IMG/VR virus record: IMGVR_UViG_3300048599_000816
Coordinates: 1-32,544 of that record
Reading direction: 5' to 3' (one strand)
DNA from: a virus
DNA length: 32,544 bases
Shown: positions 8,428 through 16,812 of the stretch, in pieces
Position numbering within the stretch: position 1 is the first letter of the stretch
Layout of the letters: every line of letters starts with the position of its first letter
Position numbers and translations under genes: made by a program
Notes under the pieces: model-generated
The model's input: only the letters and a program-made list of their open reading frames with translations
What the model was told of the DNA's origin: nothing
Database searches by the model: none

Positions 8428-8581
8428 AAAGTAACTCCTTTGAGCTTAAGGGACGTTCATGTCCATTGAATTCAATTGTGACGATGCCATTCCAGTTTAT
8501 AGCCCATTGTTTTGCTTCTTTTATGTCATGAGTCCAGTTGTAATGTTGGCCATACACATGATATTTTTTCTTCATTGACAT
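8411..8581 (-). CDS. possible 56-aa protein (MSMKKKYHVYGQHYNWTHDIKEAKQW...) overlapping both neighbours
   Basis: Hand translation; start overlaps stop of the 29-aa peptide (ATGTCAATGA); weak RBS; low confidence. Confidence 0.3.
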   Translation of the reverse strand: MSMKKKYHVYGQHYNWTHDIKEAKQWAINWNGIVTIEFNGHERPLSSKELLYVACK

Positions 8582-8661
8582 AGTAATGCACCCCCAATAA
8601 AACTAACAATGACAAGCATGATTGCTATGATAACGAGATATTTTGTTTTGGGATGTTTCAT
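8572..8661 (-). CDS. 29-aa membrane peptide MKHPKTKYLVIIAIMLVIVSFIGGALLCQ
   Basis: AAAAGGAGAGAAAATATG RBS plus motif copy (near 8688) plus upstream terminator; hand translation. Confidence 0.45.
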   Translation of the reverse strand: MKHPKTKYLVIIAIMLVIVSFIGGALLCQ

Positions 8662-8765
8662 ATTTTCTCTCCTTTTATATTATATGATATCGAGAGATTT
8701 TTTAGGTTTTGCCATGGAGATGAGTTGAAGAGGTGCGATTATATTTTGCGCTTTATAGATATAGA

Positions 8766-8794
8766 GCAAAGAAAAAGCCCTCTTGCAAGGGCTC
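8766..8794 (-). terminator. rho-independent terminator (AGCCCT..AGGGCT stem, TTTTTCTTT)
   Basis: Directly downstream of gene 8816..9019. Confidence 0.55.
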
Positions 8795-8815
8795 GAGTGA
8801 AGGTTTGCAGTGTCA

Positions 8816-9019
8816 TTACCAGTTGTCTACAGATTTTGCATTTTCTTCAAGCCAGCGATTGCCTCTGCAGTATGTTCGGATTGCTGCACGACGGTCTCCA
8901 GTAGCTTCATAAACTGTTTTTGCATCAACTAAACGTTGTGCTACGCTTCTATTGATTTGTGCTTGTTTTGCAAGACGCATTGTTATTTCTTTGTCAGCAA
9001 GACTTCCTTCTTCTTTCAT
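8816..9019 (-). CDS. hypothetical 67-aa protein
   Basis: ORF track; start overlaps upstream stop (TAAATAATG). Confidence 0.7.
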   Translation of the reverse strand: MKEEGSLADKEITMRLAKQAQINRSVAQRLVDAKTVYEATGDRRAAIRTYCRGNRWLEENAKSVDNW

Positions 9020-9399
9020 TATTTAGCTCCGTCTTCGAATTGAACTGAGAAGCCTTCATTGGGCATGTTGAGATTTGCTTTGGTGCCACAAGTGCAAGTG
9101 TAGTTCAAGTTGTGCAAAGAACTGTTTCCGCCTCCACCGTTTAGTTCCATGTTCTTTCCACATTTGGGGCACTTGATTTTAATGAAACGCTTTGCAACGT
9201 TGTAGATCGAGTTGCATGTTGAATGAAAATCGACTTTGTGTTTGAGAAAGTAGTCGATTGATAGATCACGATAGTCTTTGCGGCGATCTGATCTATCCTC
9301 AAAGCATGCATGTTCGACAATGTGCGTGGGATCAACTTCAATTTGACCGATCTTTACTCTTATGCCAGGAAGTTTACTATCAAAGTCTTCGATTTTCAT
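9019..9399 (-). CDS. 126-aa protein with zinc-ribbon-like CPKCG...CTCG
   Basis: ORF track; GAGGAGAGAATCATG RBS. Confidence 0.8.
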   Translation of the reverse strand: MKIEDFDSKLPGIRVKIGQIEVDPTHIVEHACFEDRSDRRKDYRDLSIDYFLKHKVDFHSTCNSIYNVAKRFIKIKCPKCGKNMELNGGGGNSSLHNLNYTCTCGTKANLNMPNEGFSVQFEDGAK

Positions 9400-9411
9400 G
9401 ATTCTCTCCTC

Positions 9412-9717
9412 TTAGTTGCTTAAATACTTGTTTAGCCATTGGTATGGTTTGCCGTTTGTTTCTTCGAATTTTTCCCATTCAGCTTTGTTTCGTTCAATAG
9501 CAGCGTTATATTCTGCTTTAGTTTCATATGTTGACCAGTAGCGGCCGTATGGACTGTCCCATTCAATCATGTCTTGACCGAGGTTGTTTACGTCAAAGTC
9601 AGAGATGACATCAGGTTCAAATTCATTATATTCAAATACTTCTTCATAAGTAGGGATGAAGACGTTCTCAATTTCGATTCTACTGTCTTGTTCGATTTCG
9701 ATTTGATATTTCGGCAT
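9412..9717 (-). CDS. hypothetical acidic 101-aa protein
   Basis: ORF track; AAGGAGAGAACATG RBS; motif near 9751. Confidence 0.8.
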   Translation of the reverse strand: MPKYQIEIEQDSRIEIENVFIPTYEEVFEYNEFEPDVISDFDVNNLGQDMIEWDSPYGRYWSTYETKAEYNAAIERNKAEWEKFEETNGKPYQWLNKYLSN

Positions 9718-9771
9718 GTTCTCTCCTTGATTGATATAAACTATATCGAGAGATTTTATGGCACTGCCATC

Positions 9772-10107
9772 TTAGCCTGGGAATCCAAAGTCATTCCAGT
9801 TTGTATGGTACAAAAAATCTCTTGTTTTAAGAAGCTCTTCATTAGTATCAAAGAGCATTTCTTCACAATAACAAAGGATTTTTGAATTAATTTGACTACA
9901 TCGTACGCTTTTTACCACATACTGTACTTCAGCTATTCTCATACGTTCTTTTTTCATGGTGCTGTCTTCATCAATTATAAGCCCTGGAAAAGGCTGTATG
10001 AAAAGCTGTGAAGTTTTACGGAGAATATAAATAGGATCTCCAAAGCTTTTCTTTTTAAGATTAAGACTTATTTGCAGAACAACTGGTACTGGCTTAATTT
10101 TAAACAT
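9772..10107 (-). CDS. hypothetical 111-aa protein (starts MFKIKPVPVV)
   Basis: Internal ATG (M48) of track ORF 9772..10248 with AAAGGAAG SD; start overlaps stop of 10100..10336. Confidence 0.55.
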   Translation of the reverse strand: MFKIKPVPVVLQISLNLKKKSFGDPIYILRKTSQLFIQPFPGLIIDEDSTMKKERMRIAEVQYVVKSVRCSQINSKILCYCEEMLFDTNEELLKTRDFLYHTNWNDFGFPG

Positions 10108-10336
10108 ACTGTTTCTTCCTTTTGATGATTCGAAGATTTGCTCTGTCATGCCAGCCGCACCAGCCATGACCAAAGTCAAGTTTGATTCTGTCAGGTGTTT
10201 TGTCAGAAGCGTCGTCAGGAATGACTGATCCGATTTTTCCAGCGACAAATCCTTTTTTTACTTCTAAAACATCACCTTCATTGAGAGGTTTGATAGTGCG
10301 AACTTTCTTTTGTTCGCCTTTATTAAGTGCATTCAT
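10100..10336 (-). CDS. 78-aa protein with KOW-like GDVLEVKKGFVAGKIGSV segment (tentative)
   Basis: ORF track; AGGAGAAAATAACATG RBS. Confidence 0.7.
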   Translation of the reverse strand: MNALNKGEQKKVRTIKPLNEGDVLEVKKGFVAGKIGSVIPDDASDKTPDRIKLDFGHGWCGWHDRANLRIIKRKKQYV

Positions 10337-10351
10337 GTTATTTTCTCCTGA

Positions 10352-10597
10352 TCAAAATTCTAAGCAAAAGTTTATGATAGATTCATCACCTGATCTTTTG
10401 AAGCCTTCATAGATCGAGAGAATTCTGTGTGAAATGTCTGAAGAAGAAATGCCTTGTTGAGTTTCAGCAAAATCTTTTTCCAGTGAATGAATAGCAGTAA
10501 GACGAACTAATTTTTGATCGACTGAATCAAGTGATTCGAACCAAACATTTTTTTCATCAAAACGTTCTTGAATAGTTTTTGTTGTTTCTGTTGTCAT
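10352..10597 (-). CDS. hypothetical 81-aa protein
   Basis: ORF track; AAGGAGAGACTTATG RBS; motif 10621-10652. Confidence 0.8.
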   Translation of the reverse strand: MTTETTKTIQERFDEKNVWFESLDSVDQKLVRLTAIHSLEKDFAETQQGISSSDISHRILSIYEGFKRSGDESIINFCLEF

Positions 10598-10656
10598 AAG
10601 TCTCTCCTTTTTGTGATGATAGCTATATCGTGAGAAAGAGTGAGTGTGCCAAAGGA

Positions 10657-10690
10657 GAGCCGGTTTGAAGTCCCGGCTTTAGGAGAGAGT
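10657..10690 (-). repeat. 34-bp exact direct repeat copy 1 (GAGCCGGTTTGAAGTCCCGGCTTTAGGAGAGAGT), contains hairpin AGCCGG..CCGGCT
   Basis: Identical to 11316-11349. Confidence 0.7.
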
Positions 10691-10694
10691 ATTT

Positions 10695-11024
10695 TTACCA
10701 AGATTTGTATTCAAAGACATGTTCTGGGTAGATGGGATCATGATAGTTACATGGAGCAAGAACGTCTTCAACCCATCTGATCCCTGCATCGAGTCTTTCT
10801 ACAGCGAAGTTACAGATGTCTTCCTGATTGACTGCAAAGAAAAGATCGTTTCTTCCGCCTTCACCGCCGTCACCGGGAAGTGTAACAATTTCTTCTAAGT
10901 ATTGGACCCGAACATTGAAGCTTTCTTTCATAAAGGAAACGAATTCATCGATTTTTTCAGCACCTACTAAGCATCCAGGCCATACACAAACCTGTTTGAA
11001 GCCTTCATTACGTTGAATTGTCAT
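10695..11024 (-). CDS. hypothetical 109-aa protein
   Basis: ORF track; AAGGAGAGATTATG RBS; motif near 11053. Confidence 0.8.
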   Translation of the reverse strand: MTIQRNEGFKQVCVWPGCLVGAEKIDEFVSFMKESFNVRVQYLEEIVTLPGDGGEGGRNDLFFAVNQEDICNFAVERLDAGIRWVEDVLAPCNYHDPIYPEHVFEYKSW

Positions 11025-11077
11025 AATCTCTCCTTGGTTATTGATGATAACTATATCGTGAGATTAAAAACTTTTGC

Positions 11078-11290
11078 CTAACTTTTTTTGCGAACTTCTA
11101 AGATTCCTGCTTCTCTGTCAGCCATTCTTTTCTTATGAAACTCTTTTGCTTTCTTTATTACATTTCGTCTTTTCAATTCAGCATAGACAAGACTATTCCA
11201 TTTGCTCTTGCCTTTATGAGTTATCCAAGTAGAATACTCTAAAAGAAGTTTATCTTCGCTTAAGCCTCGTAAGTATGAATCGTCAGTCAT
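11078..11290 (-). CDS. hypothetical basic 70-aa protein
   Basis: ORF track; GGAGTAAGAAGATG RBS; preceded by terminator-like repeat copy 2 rather than the standard motif. Confidence 0.65.
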   Translation of the reverse strand: MTDDSYLRGLSEDKLLLEYSTWITHKGKSKWNSLVYAELKRRNVIKKAKEFHKKRMADREAGILEVRKKS

Positions 11291-11315
11291 CTTCTTACTC
11301 CATGTTAAAAAAGAA

Positions 11316-11349
11316 GAGCCGGTTTGAAGTCCCGGCTTTAGGAGAGAGT
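11316..11349 (-). repeat. 34-bp exact direct repeat copy 2; here followed by CTTCTTTTTT (terminator-like)
   Basis: Identical to 10657-10690. Confidence 0.7.
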
Positions 11350-11418
11350 TGAGTTGGAGATTTTTGCATTGTGTTCATGATCTATGTCTTAATTGCTCCG
11401 GAGCAATGTACATGTTTT

Positions 11419-11817
11419 CTAACCATTTTTTGCTTCAATTAAAGAACCGGGACGAAGCATTGCAACTCTTGCTTGTTCTGTATATTGCCTGTTTTTTTCC
11501 GAGATGATTTCGTAAGCAGCTATGATTCTTTGGAAAGCTTCTTTGTCTCCACCTTTGTCTGTGTGAGCTGTCTTAACCAGTTTTGCCATTGCTGAACGAA
11601 CATCAGCTTGAGAAGCACCTTCTTTGAGACCCAGAATTTCATACGGGTCATAGACACCAAGTATAGCGATTGCTTCTTCCCTGGTCATTTTTACGTAGTC
11701 AAAAGTTTGTTTCCATTGTTCAAGACTTCCACGTTCACCTTCATAAGTGCCGTAAGCAGTTGTGGTATCAGTCCAGATATTTCTTCTTGGTTTGTTTGGA
11801 TCTCTTCTTCGTGGCAT
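11419..11817 (-). CDS. J-domain (DnaJ-like) protein, 132 aa, with HTD in place of the canonical HPD
   Basis: DPYEILGL...AS.ADVRSAMAKLVKTAHTDKGGDKEAFQRIIAAYEIIS matches the J-domain helix II-loop-helix III pattern; internal ATG (M20 of track ORF) has AAGGAGAGAACATG RBS and motif. Confidence 0.75.
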   Translation of the reverse strand: MPRRRDPNKPRRNIWTDTTTAYGTYEGERGSLEQWKQTFDYVKMTREEAIAILGVYDPYEILGLKEGASQADVRSAMAKLVKTAHTDKGGDKEAFQRIIAAYEIISEKNRQYTEQARVAMLRPGSLIEAKNG

Positions 11818-11842
11818 GTTCTCTCCTTGTTTGTTGATAGTA

Positions 11843-11875
11843 ACTATATCGAGAGAAAGATGTTTAGTTGCCAAT
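11843..11875 (-). promoter_or_regulatory. conserved promoter-like motif (near-consensus copy: TTGGCA-N17-CGATATAGTTACTATCAAC)
   Basis: Seen in sequence upstream of the J-domain gene. Confidence 0.55.
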
Positions 11876-12061
11876 TAGATTGCAATTGATAACTGTTGCA
11901 TTGTATGAAGTTTTTAGATGTTCTATTGCTTCATCGACAGAATAGTATTTAGTTTCAAGAGTGCCTGTTTGTCTTTTAGATCTGAGCGTGTGTTCTAATC
12001 CGATAAGGAAAACAAGTTCATAGATCTTATTAGAAGTATCTACATATAGTCTTGTGTTCAT
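11864..12061 (-). CDS. hypothetical 65-aa protein, translationally coupled (ATGA) to the upstream gene
   Basis: ORF track; ATG overlaps stop of 12058..12300. Confidence 0.5.
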   Translation of the reverse strand: MNTRLYVDTSNKIYELVFLIGLEHTLRSKRQTGTLETKYYSVDEAIEHLKTSYNATVINCNLIGN

Positions 12062-12300
12062 GAATCTTCACCTACTTCTTCAACATATTTCCAGTTGGAG
12101 TAGTTGAGTTCAAGTTTCATAGCTTCAGGTAGCATTTTGAAGATGCTTGAGACAAGTTTGTCTTGCATTTCAGCAATTGGTTCAACCTTTTCAGCTGCAA
12201 AAAGCATATCTCTTACTCTTGACAGTTGTTCTGCAGTGTATGTTTCAGGTGCACCAGTGTCATTGCATCCAAATTGTTGACCGTGATAAGCTTTCTTCAT
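12058..12300 (-). CDS. hypothetical 80-aa protein
   Basis: ORF track; ATGA overlap with upstream 58-aa GTG-start ORF. Confidence 0.7.
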   Translation of the reverse strand: MKKAYHGQQFGCNDTGAPETYTAEQLSRVRDMLFAAEKVEPIAEMQDKLVSSIFKMLPEAMKLELNYSNWKYVEEVGEDS

Positions 12301-12473
12301 GATTTTTCCTTTGCTTGTTCTTTGCCGAATCTGATTGCATTCATAATTTGGGCTTCAATTGCTCCTTGATAGTCACCTCTTGGCATGCCATCACCAGTAT
12401 GATAAGCTTCAGCTAATTCAAGGATTACATCAGAGATTTCCATTATTTTTCTTGATTCTTCAGGACTAATCAC
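12297..12473 (-). CDS. possible 58-aa protein with GTG start (VISPEESRKIMEISDVILELAEAYHTGDGMPRGDYQGAIEAQIMNAIRFGKEQAKEKS)
   Basis: AAGGAGAGAAT-GTG; the in-frame ATG is immediately followed by TGA; stop overlaps next ATG; hand translation. Confidence 0.4.
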   Translation of the reverse strand: MISPEESRKIMEISDVILELAEAYHTGDGMPRGDYQGAIEAQIMNAIRFGKEQAKEKS

Positions 12474-12493
12474 ATTCTCTCCTTGTTGATAGT

Positions 12494-12526
12494 AACTATA
12501 TCGAGAGAAACAAATGGAACTGCCAC
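12494..12526 (-). promoter_or_regulatory. conserved promoter-like motif (TGGCA-N17-CGATATAGTTACTATCAAC)
   Basis: Seen in sequence directly after terminator 12550-12587. Confidence 0.55.
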
Positions 12527-12547
12527 AAAGATCCCGCGACCTTCTCG

Positions 12548-12623
12548 AGCCTAAACAAAACGAGCCTTAGGTGTTTACCTAAGGCTCTAAAATTTGTGTG
12601 ACGCACTGTCCCGAACTGATTAA
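12548..12623 (-). repeat. ~75-bp 3'-UTR repeat R1 containing an 11-bp-stem terminator hairpin (GAGCCTTAGGT-AAAC-ACCTAAGGCTC + GTTTTGTTT)
   Basis: About 88% identical to R2 at 17329-17403; starts about 5 nt after the stop of gene 12628..13257. Confidence 0.7.
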
Positions 12624-12627
12624 GCGA

Positions 12628-13257
12628 TTACTTTTTGTGTTTGAGAGAAAAATCAAAGGATGTGAGTAGACCATTCCAAAAATCTACATTACCATCGACT
12701 TGCTTCGAAAGATGCTTTCTGTGAATGACATGTAATGAATCGCCAAGTACTTTGTATGAGTTAATATTTGCATCTTTGCCTGTTGTGACTAACCAAAGAT
12801 TTTTGTTTTGTTTGGGATCGAGGTTATACTTCTTGACACCATGACAAAATGTTCTTGCAAGATCTGAATATCTAATTGTCATCTCAGGATTATGTTTGAA
12901 CTTGCATTGAATGACAATATCTACACCATTTTTTACGCCAGTTGCATCAACACCAAAGTCATCTCTTAAAGGGACTGGTTTATAATTAAGAACTCCTTGA
13001 TTATTTGCAAGTGAGTTCACATTCATCAAGTACTCAGTAATGAGTTCAAGAGCGTCGCCTCTGAATGAAAGGTGTTCTTCTGGGTCAATTCCTTCCCAAA
13101 ACAAAGTTTTAGAAATATTAAAAACTGTTTCAACCCAAACATCAACAGTTGCTGCTTTTTTGAGTGCAACCATTGCTTCAAGAACTTGACGATGTTCTGT
13201 TGTGATTCTTTTAATACATGAATGTTTGAGTAAAACTTTTGGATATTTGATATTCAT
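12628..13257 (-). CDS. Mrr-like PD-(D/E)xK restriction-endonuclease-fold protein (GVDATG...VDIVIQCKFK)
   Basis: Motif pattern D-G-x-D-x-x-G ... (D)-x-V-I-Q-x-K is typical of the Mrr catalytic domain; 9-nt gap after the helicase gene with AAGGAGAGAGAATG RBS, no separate motif (co-transcribed). Confidence 0.65.
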   Translation of the reverse strand: MNIKYPKVLLKHSCIKRITTEHRQVLEAMVALKKAATVDVWVETVFNISKTLFWEGIDPEEHLSFRGDALELITEYLMNVNSLANNQGVLNYKPVPLRDDFGVDATGVKNGVDIVIQCKFKHNPEMTIRYSDLARTFCHGVKKYNLDPKQNKNLWLVTTGKDANINSYKVLGDSLHVIHRKHLSKQVDGNVDFWNGLLTSFDFSLKHKK

Positions 13258-13266
13258 TCTCTCTCC

Positions 13267-14793
13267 TTAGTTGATTATTGAAGCCAATACTTTATGTTTC
13301 TTATAGTAAGAAATACGTTGTAAAGAAGACATACTCTTAAGTCGTATAATATCTTCAAAAAGATGTGCAAACTGTGCATTTCTTTCTGCATGATCAGGAG
13401 TTTCTGGATCTAAAACAGATTCAGCTTCTTCAAATTGAGATGAAGTACTTATTGTTGGACCTTCACGGAATTCTGGTGTAACTTCATAAGTATTTCTAAT
13501 ACATTCTATCAATGATTCGTTTGTGTCAAGCGCTTTTTCATTTAGCAAAGGATTTTGTATAATCCAAAAAACTGGTTTCAAAAGCGCTCTTGATACTACA
13601 ATTTTATTGTTCTTATTGATTTTTGTTCTTAGATTTTTGTTTGCTTTGATTGTTGCTCTATCGTCTTTTTGAATTCTTGCAGCTCTTCCTGCAGTTTGGA
13701 GAAACTTTACTTTATTGAGTTCTCTTAAAGGAAGAATTGCAGTAATATTAGGAAGATCAATACCTTCTGTCAAGATATCATAATGCATTATGATTGCATT
13801 TGTTTTATCAGAAAGAGCTTGAAGAGTTTTTATTGCTTTCATACGTTCGCAAGACTTTCCATTAATGAAATAGCCTCTACTTGAAAAAGCAATAACTGTA
13901 TATTCTAATGCTTTTGACCATGAATTGAATTGTTCATTTTGAACGAGATCAAGCATGTCAGATACACCAGTACAAGAAACTAAAAGTTTTGCACCAATCT
14001 TACCTTTGCTGTATTTTTGCACTTTCTTTTTGTGTTCCATAAAAGAACATTTTATAATATTATGATCAGTATGTTTACCAGATTCAAGAATGACTCTGTG
14101 AACAATAGGTGGAAGGATATCGCCAGTATCTATTGCGTGTCTTGGCGAGATTTGTGCAAGCACTTCTCCATAGAATTCTTTGTTATCCATACCTCTTGTA
14201 TTGCAACCATGAACAGCAGTTGCTGTAAAGAAATATGTTTGATTGCAGTTTGGAAGGATTTGTTCGACAGATTCGTGCTTATCATTTTTTGTAACTTCAT
14301 GTGCTTCATCAAAACAAGCAATGTCAATTTGAGTTTTTGATAGTCTCGAAATTGATTGATATGTACTTACAATTAGTAAGTGTCTGTTGAGTTTCTTTGC
14401 TTTTTCTACAGCTTTCTCAATGTCAGCAGAAGTTGTTGTGCGTGAGATGTTGCATTTCTTTGAAAAATCTCTACAATCTTCAACAAGTTTGATAACATCA
14501 TCATCGTCAACACCTTCACTACCTACTGTAAGAACATCAAATTTGAGATCAAATTCTATTGCTCTTTTGAGAAGATTTTCGATGAGTTGTTCGCAAAGAA
14601 GGAGACGGTGAGCAGCAATAAGACTTATGCCTGTTTGTTTTGTTTGTAGCGTTTCAATGATTTTGTAGACCTGGACCCAAGTTTTCCCAGATCCTGTAGG
14701 CATAATGATCTGGCCTTTGAGTTGACCAATAGTTGCATCAATAGCTTTTTTTTGGTGAACGCTCATTTCTGAGTAAAAAGATTGCAGATTCAT
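13267..14793 (-). CDS. SF2 DEAH-box helicase (motif I MPTGSGKT, II FDEAHE, III TATA, VI QTAGRAAR), ResIII/phage-helicase-like
   Basis: All core SF2 motifs read directly from translation; AAGGAGAGAGAATG RBS; motif 14818-14848. Confidence 0.9.
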   Translation of the reverse strand: MNLQSFYSEMSVHQKKAIDATIGQLKGQIIMPTGSGKTWVQVYKIIETLQTKQTGISLIAAHRLLLCEQLIENLLKRAIEFDLKFDVLTVGSEGVDDDDVIKLVEDCRDFSKKCNISRTTTSADIEKAVEKAKKLNRHLLIVSTYQSISRLSKTQIDIACFDEAHEVTKNDKHESVEQILPNCNQTYFFTATAVHGCNTRGMDNKEFYGEVLAQISPRHAIDTGDILPPIVHRVILESGKHTDHNIIKCSFMEHKKKVQKYSKGKIGAKLLVSCTGVSDMLDLVQNEQFNSWSKALEYTVIAFSSRGYFINGKSCERMKAIKTLQALSDKTNAIIMHYDILTEGIDLPNITAILPLRELNKVKFLQTAGRAARIQKDDRATIKANKNLRTKINKNNKIVVSRALLKPVFWIIQNPLLNEKALDTNESLIECIRNTYEVTPEFREGPTISTSSQFEEAESVLDPETPDHAERNAQFAHLFEDIIRLKSMSSLQRISYYKKHKVLASIIN

Positions 14794-14852
14794 TCTCTCT
14801 CCTTAGTTGATTACACTAACTATATCGCGAGAAGGAGAGTGAGCTGCCTAAA

Positions 14853-16145
14853 TTAATATGTCTTGCCGTTCGGGTAGAGTTTGTGATAGTCAGGTAAGAA
14901 AGTCTTTGCATATTCTCTTATAAGATGACTTTTAGGATATCCAAAGAAAGAAAAGAGTTTGTCATCATCCCAAGACTGATTAAAGTCAAGCCAGGGAACT
15001 AATGCAAGTTCTCCAATATTCAAAGAACTATTTATTTTTATAATAGAAATACATAATCTAATAAAGTCTGTTTTGATAGCAGATAAAAAATTGTTTTTAT
15101 TTTCTTCTGAAGAAAAAATAAAAACAATTTCACCAGGAATAACATTAGAAATTGATCTTGGCAAAAAATTCTGTTTTTGTTTTACTCCTTTTATAGTTTT
15201 GACTTTCTCTACATTCATTGGTGACAAAGTATAAAAATTCGATTGTGGTTTATCGCGTTTATTAGTTCTAATAGTAGATAATTGAACGAAGATTTCATCT
15301 TTGTGAAAGACTTCAGCTTCTCTTGAAGAAATCCTTTGAGTCTCAAAGCTTCCATTTGTATTGATAAATTTTTGAAGTTTTGGAATTAAGTCTTTTAAGA
15401 GATACCAATTTTCTCCATGTAAAGAAATATCATTAATATCTTTTATATCAATAAATTTACTTGTGTTAAGAAATCTTACTTTAATTGGTTTTGTTCTTAC
15501 TTTTTCAAAATTGATTTTACTTATTACGCAATCTGTACCAAGACCAATTCCAAAAACTGGATTAGGGTCAAAAAACTCAACAGACTCGAGATGTTCATTT
15601 GTCAATGATCTCATTTTTTGAAAAAGTTGCTTTCCTCTATTAGAATCGAGTCTAGTCTTTATATCAACAAGCCAAGCAGATGGATGTACACATATCAACT
15701 TTTTGAGCATATTTACTTTTTTCAAAGCAAGAATAATTTTGAGATCTACATCTCTATAAGGCGGGTTTGAAAAAGTAACATCAGCAGCTTGATTCATTTT
15801 ACAACCCACAAAAAACTCCTTAATATTCTTTTGATTCTTAAGAATCTTGTCCCAATCTTCTTTTCCGATCAAGACAGATTCAACACCATAAATCTGTGAA
15901 AATGCTACTTTCTCTTCTGTATCACCAACATACTGTACTTTCTTCATGTCATAATTTCGAGAAACTAAAACTTCTAAAAACTCAAGATTGAAGAAAACTC
16001 TAACAGACCCTTGCAAATCTCGTGGAATCATCTTCTCTACTAAATCAAATGGTGTAAAAAAAGTTTGAAGACCATCATGTACAATGTGTTTGATTATCTC
16101 TTTTCTACTAAAACTATTTGAAAAAACATCTTCACGTGCTCTCAT
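14853..16145 (-). CDS. gamma-class N6-adenine DNA methyltransferase-like protein with motif X (FFTPFDLVEKM) and motif IV (FSNPPY) but degenerate motif I
   Basis: NPPY and TPxxLV motifs seen in translation; likely start is M24 of track ORF (AAGGAGAGAGAATG), preceded by a degenerate motif copy. Confidence 0.75.
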   Translation of the reverse strand: MRAREDVFSNSFSRKEIIKHIVHDGLQTFFTPFDLVEKMIPRDLQGSVRVFFNLEFLEVLVSRNYDMKKVQYVGDTEEKVAFSQIYGVESVLIGKEDWDKILKNQKNIKEFFVGCKMNQAADVTFSNPPYRDVDLKIILALKKVNMLKKLICVHPSAWLVDIKTRLDSNRGKQLFQKMRSLTNEHLESVEFFDPNPVFGIGLGTDCVISKINFEKVRTKPIKVRFLNTSKFIDIKDINDISLHGENWYLLKDLIPKLQKFINTNGSFETQRISSREAEVFHKDEIFVQLSTIRTNKRDKPQSNFYTLSPMNVEKVKTIKGVKQKQNFLPRSISNVIPGEIVFIFSSEENKNNFLSAIKTDFIRLCISIIKINSSLNIGELALVPWLDFNQSWDDDKLFSFFGYPKSHLIREYAKTFLPDYHKLYPNGKTY

Positions 16146-16188
16146 TCTCTCTCCTTGATTTGTTGTTACTAACGATATCGCAACAAAA

Positions 16189-16812
16189 TCAAATAAGAGC
16201 CATACGTTTTTCAAATAATTTAGAGTTTTCTTCTACACGACTATTTGTACAACTATCAAACAAATCTTTTACTTTCTCAGTCTCATCATACCACTTGTCT
16301 CTATATACCCAAATCCCAGTCTCTGCTTCATCTGGCAACTTGCTTCTTTGAGTTACATCACCCATCAACAATCTAATATCAGTCCCAAAAGTATAAAGAA
16401 GTCTATAACAAGAACTTGGTTGTAACTCACTAAACAAGTGTGTCTCGTTTAAAAACTTATCTATTTTAAAACTTTCACCTAAAAGACTATATTTTTTTCT
16501 AAGCATCCTGACAGAAAACTGACCATACCCAGCACACAGGTCTTCTGTAGTAAGTTCTTGATTTTGCCATTCTTCATCTGATAGTTTATCTAACATGTAG
16601 TCAACAAGCCATAGAGGTGTAAAAACTTCTCCATGTAAGTCTGATTTTTCTTTATTTGTAGTTACTTGTTGATTTTCAAGTGGCGGGTGAGAAAGATCTA
16701 CATTTTCTATTAAAGGATACTTCGACAAATCTACATTCAAATTTGTAGATTCTAAGAATCTCTTTTCTATGAACTCTATCTTGTTTCTAGTACTACTTTT
16801 TCTAGCAATCAT
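16189..16812 (-). CDS. methyltransferase N-terminal-like protein with motif X (VFTPLWLVDYM) and motif I (EDLCAGYGQF) but no NPPY
   Basis: Motifs seen in translation; unusual expression signals (no SD, no conserved motif; TATAAT 15 nt upstream of ATG). Confidence 0.65.
   Translation of the reverse strand: MIARKSSTRNKIEFIEKRFLESTNLNVDLSKYPLIENVDLSHPPLENQQVTTNKEKSDLHGEVFTPLWLVDYMLDKLSDEEWQNQELTTEDLCAGYGQFSVRMLRKKYSLLGESFKIDKFLNETHLFSELQPSSCYRLLYTFGTDIRLLMGDVTQRSKLPDEAETGIWVYRDKWYDETEKVKDLFDSCTNSRVEENSKLFEKRMALI

Noticed and set aside
10520-10545. tRNA T-arm-like GGTTCGAATC on the minus strand
   Set aside because: It lies inside the well-supported CDS 10352..10597 and has no acceptor/anticodon stem context, so it is coincidental.
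16100-16320. Apparent 4-nt discrepancy between my reading of the displayed sequence and the ORF-track frames around 16258
   Set aside because: Most likely my own misreading of line boundaries. Track coordinates are used for all features in this interval, and coordinates I derived myself elsewhere are flagged as approximate.
14853-16812. Single frameshifted methyltransferase gene (16189..16812 fused to 14853..16214 by a +1 shift)
   Set aside because: The upstream ORF ends with its own stop. The downstream ORF has an internal ATG with a perfect AAGGAGAGAGAATG RBS and a degenerate motif copy in the 40-nt gap. Both proteins carry their own motif X (TPxxLV), so they are paralogous N-terminal regions rather than two halves of one protein. 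A decayed frameshift cannot be fully excluded without homolog comparison.
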